A stretch of 64,000 nt of DNA from an uncultured Alphaproteobacteria bacterium. Lineage in GTDB: Bacteria; Pseudomonadota; Alphaproteobacteria; CACIAM-22H2. The stretch spans positions 398,906-462,905 of the forward strand of contig CAVVJD010000021.1 of the NCBI GenBank assembly GCA_963748455.1, written 5' to 3'. Under the pieces are notes generated by a model that saw only the letters and a list, made by a program, of their open reading frames with translations, was not told where the DNA came from and did no database searches. The stretch's first letter is position 1. Each line of letters opens with the position of its first letter. A program made the translations under genes and the position numbers. Shown piece by piece: positions 27,468 through 35,124 of the stretch.

Positions 27468-29243
27468 CTCCGGCCGAACAGCCGCTCGATATCGGCGAGC
27501 TTCAGCTCGACATAGGTCGGGCGGCCGTGATTGCACTGGCCGGAATGCGGGGTCGCTTCCATCTGGCGCAGCAGCGCGTTCATCTCCTCGCCGCTCAGCC
27601 GCCGTCCGGCGCGCACCGAGCCGTGGCAGGCCATGGTGCCGCAGACCTCGCCGAGTTTTTCTTTCAGCGATAGCGCCTGGCCGAATTCGGCAAGCTCGTC
27701 GGCGAGATCGCGGACCAGGCCCTTGGCGTCGACCTCGCCCAGCAAGGCCGGGACTTCGCGCACCAGCACGGCGCCCGGTCCGAACGCCTCCACGACGAGC
27801 CCGAGCTCGGCGAATTCGGCGAGACGCGGTGCAAGACGCGCGACGGATGCTTCGTCGAGCTCGACCACTTCGGGGATCAGCAGCGCCTGGCGCTTGATGC
27901 CGCCGGCATCGAGATCGCGTTTCATCTTTTCGTAGACGAGCCGCTCGTGCGCCGCATGCTGGTCGACGATGACGACGCCGTCCGCGGTCTGCGCGACGAT
28001 ATAGGTCTCGTGGATCTGTGCACGCGCGACGCCGAGCGGATAGTCCTTGGCCGGCTGCACCTCCGCCGGTACGACAGACGCCGAAGGCTGCGTCATCGGA
28101 TTGAGCGGCGCTTGCGCGAAATAGGCGGCGGCGGCTTCGGCAAGGCCGCTCGATGCCGGCCGCGGCGTGAAGGCGAAGGACGGCGCGTTGGCGGGGCGCA
28201 TCGCACCCAGCGCGCCGGCGGCCACGGTGGTCGCGGCGCGATGGCCGGCTTCGGCCAAGGCATGGCGCAGCGAGCCGACGATCAGCCCGCGCACCAGCCC
28301 GGCATCGCGGAAGCGCACTTCGGCCTTGGCGGGATGGACGTTGACGTCGACCTGTTCGGCCGGGACTTCGAGGAAGAGAGCCACGACCGGATGGCGATCG
28401 CGCGCCAGGAAATCGGCATAGGCGCCGCGCACCGCACCACCGAGCAGGCGGTCGCGCACGGGCCGGCCGTTCACGAACAGATATTGATGTTGGGCGGTGG
28501 CACGATGGAATGTCGGCAGGCCGATATAGCCGGTCAGCCGCAGGCCCTCGCGCTCCGCATCCACTTGCAGCGCGTTCGCAAAGAAGTCGCGGCCGATCAC
28601 CGCGGACAGCCGCTCGAGGCGCGCGGCAAACAGATCGCCGGCGACCGCCGGCAGCTTGACGAGCGCGCGATTTTCGTCGCTCACATGAAAAGCGATGTCG
28701 GGATGCGCCATCGCCAGGCGCTCGACCGTGTCGACGATCGCGCCAAGTTCCGAGCGATCGCCCTTGAGGAATTTGAGGCGCGCCGGTGTCGCATAAAACA
28801 GATCGCGCACTTCGACACGCGTCCCTTGCGGATGCGCGGCGGGGACCGGCTTGCCGACGCGGCCGCCCTCGACTTCCAATTTCCACGCCTCCGCGCCATC
28901 GCGGGTGCGGCTGGTGATGTGCAAGCGCGCGACCGCGCCGATCGACGGCAGTGCTTCACCGCGGAAGCCGAGCGAGCGGATATGCAGCAGATCGTCGTCG
29001 GGCAGTTTCGAGGTGGCGTGGCGCTCGATCGGCGAGCGACAGCTCGTCGGGGTTCATGCCGCTGCCATCGTCGACCACGGCGATCAGGCTGCGCCCGGCC
29101 ATCGCCAGGGTCACCTCGATGCGCGTGGCGCCGGCGTCGATCGCATTCTCCACCAGCTCCTTGACCGCCGCCGCCGGCCGCTCAATCACTTCACCGGCGG
29201 CGATGCGATTGACGACAGTTTCTGGCAGACGACGAATACTCAT
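27464..29243 (-). pseudogene. mutL: DNA mismatch repair endonuclease MutL, +1 frameshift as read
   Basis: ORF 28956..29243 ([44 protein letters not shown]...DDGSGM) continues in ORF 27464..28924 after ctcgccgatcgag (about 29030) as ...[42 protein letters not shown].... C-terminal ...[11 protein letters not shown]. Confidence 0.9.
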
Positions 29244-29278
29244 GGCAGTTCGCCCTGTCCCCTCGCCGCCGGTGAAGT
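29188..29278 (-). promoter_or_regulatory. 16-bp perfect inverted repeat bracketing the mutL RBS/start codon (potential mRNA stem)
   Basis: Plus-strand 29263-29278 TCGCCGCCGGTGAAGT is the exact reverse complement of 29188-29203 ACTTCACCGGCGGCGA. The 59-nt spacer contains AGGGGA and the mutL ATG (29243-29241). Confidence 0.4.
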
Positions 29279-29359
29279 CGTTGTCTCATTGGCCGCTGCG
29301 CGGCCGGGGCCCGCGGCGATGCGATTGACGACCGTCTCGGGCAGGCGCCGGATGCTCAT
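29240..29359 (-). other. 39-codon upstream ORF whose first 17 codons duplicate the MutL N-terminus; linked by ATGA to the pgi stop and the mutL start
   Basis: ATGAGCATCCGGCGCCTGCCCGAGACGGTCGTCAATCGCATCGCCGCGGGC... = [39 protein letters not shown]. Its ATG (29359) overlaps the pgi TGA (29358-29356) and its TGA (29242-29240) overlaps the mutL ATG. Confidence 0.35.
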
Positions 29360-30703
29360 GCCGACATCTCTTTCAGATACTGGCGGGCCAGCACCTTGCC
29401 CTCCTCCACCGCCGGCTGGTCGAACGGATCGACCTGCCACAGCTCGGCGGCGATGATCGTCTCCAGCATGAAATGCATCAACAGCGCGCCGAGGCAATAT
29501 TCGTCGAGCGTGCCGAGCTTGATGACGCGCACCGGCCTGCCGTTGCGCACCAGCGTGTCGGCGGTGGCGCGCTGCGACACGTCGAGCAGATCGCCCAAGG
29601 TGCGGCCGGCCAGCCAGTCCAGCGCCTTGTCGCCGAGATCTTCGCGCGTGTAGCGGGGCCCGCGATCGCGCGTGTCGCCCATGACGATGGTGAACATCTT
29701 GTCGGCGGGGCCGGCGAGATAGAGCTGGAGCTGGCTGTGCTGATCGACCGTGCCCAGGGCGCGGATCGGCGTCGTGCCCTTGCCCTGCTTGCCGAGGCTT
29801 TCGGCCCAGAGCTGCACGAACCAGGCGGCGAACGGCGCCAGGCGGTCGACATAGGGCATCAGCACGGTCTGGCTGATGCCGCGATGGCGCTGCAGGCCGA
29901 AGTTGATGGCCGCGCCCACCGCCGGCTGCGATTGCGCGGGATTGTCGGCCAAAGCCTCGTCCAGACGCGCGCGCGGCGCCCTCGCGGATTTGCACCGCGT
30001 CGAGGCCGGCGATCATCGCCGGCAGGATGCCGGTGGGCGAGAGCACCGAGAAGCGCCCGCCGACCTTGGGATCGTGGTCGATCAGCGGCAGGCTGTGACG
30101 CTGCGCCAGCCGGCGCAGCGGATTGTCGGTGGGCTCGGTGATGACCGTGACGCGCGCGGGCAGATTGTCGCCTGCCGCCTTGAGGCGCGGCAGCAGCGCC
30201 AGCGCCTGCGACAGGGTCTCGGCCGTGCCGCCGGATTTGGAGACGATCACCGCGGCAGTGCGCGCAGGGTCGAGGCCGCCGATGGCGCGCTCGAATCCGT
30301 CGGGGTCGACATTCTCGAGAAACCACAGGCGCGGCTTGCCCCTGGGATCGGCCGCCGGACCAAAGCCGCCATCGGCCAGCGCCGCCAAGGTGCGGCCGCC
30401 GAGGCTGGAGCCGCCAGTGCCGAGGAATACGACGTTGTCACATTTCAAGCAGCGGTCGACGGCTTGCTGAAAGACCGGGAGATCGTCGCGCTTGGCGGGC
30501 AACTGCAACAGCGGCAGGGAGCCATCCTGACGCTGCTGGCGCAGGCGCTCGAGCGCCGGCCTTGTGGCGGCCAAGGCCGCCTTGTAATCCGCGGGCGGGA
30601 GCGCCTGGCGGCCGTGGAAACAAGCTTCGACGTCGTGCGTGAAGGGGGCTTTGCGAGTCGTGTCGTGCATCGTGCGAATGATCCGGTGCTCTGAAAATTT
30701 CAC
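29356..30703 (-). pseudogene. pgi: Glucose-6-phosphate isomerase, +1 frameshift as read
   Basis: The N-terminal frame (...VVFLGTGGSSLGGRTL...VIVSKSGGTAETL...GGRFSVLSPTG...) joins ORF 29356..29952 (...LWAESLGKQGKGTTP...GTVDQHSQLQLYLAGP...FDQPAVEEGK) near 29965. GTG 30703 overlaps the upstream stop (GTGA); alternative ATG at 30670. Confidence 0.85.
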
Positions 30704-32067
30704 CCGCCGCCCGGTTTCGGAGTCGGCGATTCCGCTGAGGATACACCTTCCGGCTCCCCCACCACGACCGTCAATAATCTGTCCGCATGCAGCAGGCGGC
30801 GCGCGACGCGCTTGGCGTCGGCGAGGGTGACGCCGTTGATCAGCCCGGCGCGGCGGTCGAGATAGTCGATGCCGAGGTTGTCGTATTGCATCGAGGCGAG
30901 CAAGGCGGCGATGCGGCCGGTCGAATCGAGGCCCAGCGCGAACGAGCCGTTGATGTAGGTCTTGGCGTCGATGAGCTCCTGCTCGCTCGGCCCTTCATCG
31001 CTCATGCGCTGCCATTCGGCGCGGATGATCTCGAGCGCCTTGCCGACGCGCGCATTCTCGCTGGCGGTGCCGCCCATCAGCAAGCCGCCGCGATCGACCG
31101 GCGACAGGTAGGAATAGACCGAATAGGCGAGGCCGCGTTTCTCACGGACCTCATGGGTAAGGCGCGAATTGAATCCGCCGCCGCCGAGCACGTAATTGAC
31201 CAGTGAGGCGGCATGGTAATCGGGATCGCTGCGCTTGAGGCCGGCTTCACCGAACATCACCACGCTTTGCGGCACGGCGCGGCGCACGACGATGGTGCGC
31301 CCCTGCCCCGCCATCGTCACATCGGCGAGTTTCTGCACTTGCGCCTTGGCCGGCAACGCAGCGAATGCGCGATCCAGCAGCGGGCCGAGTTCCGCGGGCG
31401 TGATATCGCCGACGGCACCGATCACCAGGTTGTCGCGCGCCAGGCGCGCGCGCAGCAGGGCGCGCATATCGTCGATCCGGAGCTTGGCGACGCTGTCGGC
31501 CGTGCCGCGCGAGGGGCGGCCGTAGGGATCTTCGGGGAAGGCCGTCGCCATCCAGGTTTGCCGCGCGATGACATCGGGGCTCTCGGATTCGCGCGACAGC
31601 GCCGCCTGGGTGCGGGCGCGCACGCGTTCGACCGAGGCCTCGTCGAAGCGCGGCTGGGTCAGCGCCAGGCGCAGCAGGTCGATCGCCATGTCGCGCTGCT
31701 CGTTGAGCGCCTTGAACGAGCCGCGGACGGTGTCGAGCCCGGCGTCGAAGCTGATCGAGATCGATCGGTCTTCCAGCTCCTGCTGGAATTTCTGCGAATC
31801 GAGGTCGCCCGCCCCTTCGACCATCATGGATGTGGTGAAATTTGACAGCCCCTCCTTGCCGGCCGGGTCGTTCGAGGCGCCAGCGCCGCGGAAAATGAAT
31901 TCGAGGGCGAGCACGGGCACCAGGCGGTCGCGCACCAGCCACGCCTCGATGCCGCCGGGGCTGACAACGCGCTCGATGGTGACGGCGGCGGCGGGGGCGA
32001 GGCCGGCGACGCTCAGCCCCAGAATAAGGATCGATCGCACGAGCATCCGACAGATCATCGCGGTCAC
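30700..32067 (-). CDS. M16 family (pitrilysin-like) peptidase, non-catalytic-type subunit
   Basis: Signal-like N-terminus, no HxxEH; ...GKEGLSNFTTSMMVEGAG...REKRGLAYSVYSY.... Paired with an HxxEH-containing M16 gene upstream. Confidence 0.8.
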   Translation of the reverse strand: MTAMICRMLVRSILILGLSVAGLAPAAAVTIERVVSPGGIEAWLVRDRLVPVLALEFIFRGAGASNDPAGKEGLSNFTTSMMVEGAGDLDSQKFQQELEDRSISISFDAGLDTVRGSFKALNEQRDMAIDLLRLALTQPRFDEASVERVRARTQAALSRESESPDVIARQTWMATAFPEDPYGRPSRGTADSVAKLRIDDMRALLRARLARDNLVIGAVGDITPAELGPLLDRAFAALPAKAQVQKLADVTMAGQGRTIVVRRAVPQSVVMFGEAGLKRSDPDYHAASLVNYVLGGGGFNSRLTHEVREKRGLAYSVYSYLSPVDRGGLLMGGTASENARVGKALEIIRAEWQRMSDEGPSEQELIDAKTYINGSFALGLDSTGRIAALLASMQYDNLGIDYLDRRAGLINGVTLADAKRVARRLLHADRLLTVVVGEPEGVSSAESPTPKPGGG

Positions 32068-32092
32068 TCCTCAACGGAAATTTGCGGGCGGC

Positions 32093-33443
32093 CTAGCTGC
32101 TGGGCTTGGGCAGCAGCAGGCCGGTGACCGAGCGGTCGGGCTGCAGCAGGTAGCGCGCGGCGCGGTCGACATCGTCCTTGGTGACCGCATCGATGCGCTC
32201 GGGCCAGGATTCGACGTCCTCGATCGTCTGGCCGGTGGTGAGCGCCGTGCCGATGACCCGCGCGCCCGATTGCAGCGAATCGCGGGCCAGCACCGCGGCG
32301 GCGCGCATACGCGCCTTGGTGCGGTCGACGCTCCTCGGCGCTCACGCCGTCCGCCACCAGCTTGGCGATAACCGCGTCCAAAGCCGCTTCGACATCGCCC
32401 ATGGCGATGCCGTTGCGCGGCGTCACGGAGAAGCCGAACGACGTCTGGTCGAACGTGTCGGGATCGTAGTAGGACCCGGCGCCGGCGGCGACGTTCTTTT
32501 CCAGAACCAGGCTGCGATAGAGGCGGCTGGTGGCACCGCCGCCCAGCAGATCGGCCAGCACTTGCAACGCGTAGGCATGCTCCTTGCCGGCCGAGGTGTA
32601 GCTGGGGGCGAGATACATGCGCGACAGCGCCGGCTGCTGGACGCGCGGATCCTTCAGCTCGAGACGGCGCGCGGCCTGCGGCGGCGGCTCTTGCGGGCGC
32701 ACGCGCTCGGGGATCGCGCGCGACGGAATGGGCCCGTAATATTTCTCGGCGAGGGGCTTGAGCTCGGCAGCCGTGATGTCGCCGGCGACGATCAGGATGG
32801 CGTTGTTGGGCGTGTAATAGGTCTTGTACCAGTCGATGGCGTCCTGGCGGGTCAGGCCGCGCATCTCGTGCAGCCAGCCGATGACCGGCGCGCTGATAGG
32901 GATGATTGAGATAGAGGGCGGCTTGCATCTGCTCGCGCAGGCGCGAGGCCGGCCGTTGTCGACGACCGAGCGGCGCTCTTCGATGATCACCTCGCGTTCC
33001 GGGTCGACGACCTCGTCGGTCAGGACCAGGTTCGACATGCGATCGGCTTCCATGCGCATTACCAGCTCCAGCCGGTCGCGCGCGACGTTCTGGAAATAGC
33101 CGGTGTAGTCGTAGCTGGTGAAGGCGTTGTCGCGACCGCCGTTGCGGGCGACGATCTTCGAGTATTCGCCGGGCGGCATATCGGGCGTGCCCTTGAACAT
33201 CAGATGCTCGAGGAAATGGGCGATGCCCGATTTGCCCGGCTTCTCGTCGGCGGCGCCGATCCGGTACCACACCATGTGGGTGACCACGGGCGCGCGCTTG
33301 TTGGAGATGACGACGACCTGAAGGCCGTTGGGCAGGTTAAAGGTCTCCGGGTCGAACACCCGCGCCATGGCCGGCTGCCAGAGGACCGGTACCAGCAGAC
33401 CCAGACTGAGACAGAAAACCCGAAGCGTGCGCGCCGCACTCAT
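32093..33443 (-). pseudogene. M16 family zinc peptidase (HxxEH type), three frameshifts as read
   Basis: ...GIAHFLEHLMFKGT... (zinc motif). A short out-of-frame stretch lies between about 32950 (-1) and about 32890 (+1), where the other frame reads PASRLREQMQAALYLNHPYQR. The C-terminus switches near 32329 (+1) to ORF 32093..32308 (...RMRAAAVLARDSLQSGARVIG...LLLPKPSS*). Confidence 0.8.
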
Positions 33444-33540
33444 GGCTTACCTCGATCGCGGTTGGCGGCGCCCGGATCGGACTCCACCTTTCTCCCCCCG
33501 AGCGATGCCACCCATTCGGGTAGCCCCTTCTTCTTGCGGC

Positions 33541-34143
33541 TTAGAACAGCCCTTCGAGCGGGGCCCGCTTGCGGCGCTTGATGCTGGGCGTGTCGCCCTC
33601 GCCGGCGGGACGGCCGAGTGCCGCGTTCTCGCGCAGGCGCTGCGCCTCGCGCTGCGGATCGACGACCGTGCCCGGTTCGTCCGGCTTGCGCCAGAAGATC
33701 AGCTTGTCGAGCAAAGTCTGGTCGGCCTCGGCGAGCTGGGTTGATTCGCGATCGATGACCTCGCGGATGGCCGGATCGGTCCGGCCGACCCCGGCATGAG
33801 CCAACAGCGCCGTTTCGCCGGGGCTCTGGGCCACGGCGGCGTCCACCGGCGTGCGGGGCGCGGGCGTCACGCCGCTGCCGGCCAGCAGCGCGTTGCGGGC
33901 GACTTCGGGGGTTGTGGCTTCCTGCGGGCGCGCCGCGCCGGGCTGGGGCGGGCGCAAGGCATAGTCCGGTGGCAGGGACAGGGGGGCGCGGCTGACGATC
34001 CTGAACTCGTCGGGCGGGGATTTTTCCTTACCCAGGAGCCGGCGGGCGTCGTCGCAGGCGCTCAACGATGCTGCGGCCAGGACGGCCAGAAGGGCGGTCC
34101 GCCAGGGGCGGAGGGTGGCCAGTCGCGGGGGAAGCCGAATCAT
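33541..34143 (-). CDS. DUF3035 family lipoprotein
   Basis: Lipobox ...LAAASLSAC; Pro-rich linker. The position between lspA and the M16 pair is typical for alphaproteobacteria. Confidence 0.65.
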   Translation of the reverse strand: MIRLPPRLATLRPWRTALLAVLAAASLSACDDARRLLGKEKSPPDEFRIVSRAPLSLPPDYALRPPQPGAARPQEATTPEVARNALLAGSGVTPAPRTPVDAAVAQSPGETALLAHAGVGRTDPAIREVIDRESTQLAEADQTLLDKLIFWRKPDEPGTVVDPQREAQRLRENAALGRPAGEGDTPSIKRRKRAPLEGLF

Positions 34144-34149
34144 GGACCC

Positions 34150-34626
34150 CTATTTAATCGACTGGCGCCCGGCAAACAAGCCGTCGATAAGCAGCAGGAC
34201 CACGCCCACCGCGATTGCCGCATCGGCCAGATTGAAGGCCGGGGCGAAGAAATCGTCGGTGTGGAATTGCAGGAAGTCGAACACGGCGCCGAAAATGAGG
34301 CGGTCGATGACGTTGCCCAGCGCCCCGGCGATGATCAGCGCCAGCCCGGTCTGGGCGGGCCTGGTCTGGGTGCTGGCCAGCCACAGGACCAGAAGGGCGA
34401 CGATGCCGAGCGACACGATCGTGAAGATCGCGGTGCGATACCAGGACGGCTGGCCGGAGTTGAACAGGCCGAAGCTGATGCCGTAATTCCACACGGCGAC
34501 GATATTGACGAAGGGCAGAGCCTCGATGGCGTCGGGCCCTTCGTCGCCGAACAGGCTGCGAAACGCGGCCTTGCTCGCCTGATCGAGCGCGACAACGACC
34601 GCAATCAGAATGGCCGCGAAGCGCAA
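34150..34626 (-). CDS. lspA: Signal peptidase II (lipoprotein signal peptidase), second tandem paralog
   Basis: TTG 34626, preceded by GGGGAC 8 nt after the upstream TAG. ...LPFVNIVAVWNYGISFGLF...GALGNVIDRLIFGAVFDFL...PAFNLADAAIAVGVVLLLID keeps both catalytic Asp contexts. Confidence 0.75.
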   Translation of the reverse strand: MRFAAILIAVVVALDQASKAAFRSLFGDEGPDAIEALPFVNIVAVWNYGISFGLFNSGQPSWYRTAIFTIVSLGIVALLVLWLASTQTRPAQTGLALIIAGALGNVIDRLIFGAVFDFLQFHTDDFFAPAFNLADAAIAVGVVLLLIDGLFAGRQSIK

Positions 34627-34634
34627 CCGTCCCC

Positions 34635-35111
34635 CTACCCCGACGACGCCGGCTTGCGGGCGAAGAGCGAGTCGATCAGCAGCAAGACGACGCCGACCGT
34701 GATCGCGGAATCGGCCACGTTGAAGGCCGGCCAGTGCCAGCCAAAGGCGTGAACATCCAGGAAGTCGAAGACCGCGCCATAGGCCAGGCGGTCGATGACG
34801 TTGCCGACCGCACCGCCGATGACGAGGCCGAGCGACGCTGCGATCCAAGACTGGTCGACGCGGCGCAGCCACACCACGAGGGCGCAGACGATGGAAAGGG
34901 AAAGGGCAACGAAGATCAGCGCCTGCGCGCTCGAACCATTGTTGAACAAGCCGAAGCTGACGCCGTAGTTCCACACCGTGACCAGGTTGAAGAACGGCAG
35001 GATCTCGATCATGCGCTTGCCCTGCACGACGAGCAGGTCATGGAAATAATATTTGGTCACCTGATCGAGAAGGGCTGCAGCGAGCGCCACGCCGAGGCCG
35101 AGTTTCAGCAT
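34635..35111 (-). CDS. lspA: Signal peptidase II (lipoprotein signal peptidase)
   Basis: MLKLGLGVALAAALLDQVTKYY...LPFFNLVTVWNYGVSFGLF...GAVGNVIDRLAYGAVFDFL...PAFNVADSAITVGVVLLLID. Directly downstream of ileS, the classical ileS-lspA order. Confidence 0.88.
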   Translation of the reverse strand: MLKLGLGVALAAALLDQVTKYYFHDLLVVQGKRMIEILPFFNLVTVWNYGVSFGLFNNGSSAQALIFVALSLSIVCALVVWLRRVDQSWIAASLGLVIGGAVGNVIDRLAYGAVFDFLDVHAFGWHWPAFNVADSAITVGVVLLLIDSLFARKPASSG

Positions 35112-35124
35112 CGGCGCATCCTCA

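Noticed and set aside
25800-28886. 1028-codon ORF suggesting a giant protein overlapping mutL.
   Set aside because: Only the last 555 codons (from ATG 27467) look like a real protein, the SAM methyltransferase. The upstream part is an out-of-frame read-through of mutL with Arg/Pro-rich nonsense.
34150-35111. Tandem lspA as a collapsed or expanded assembly duplication.
   Set aside because: The two copies are strongly diverged at both DNA and protein level, and each has its own start and RBS context. This is a genuine paralog pair.
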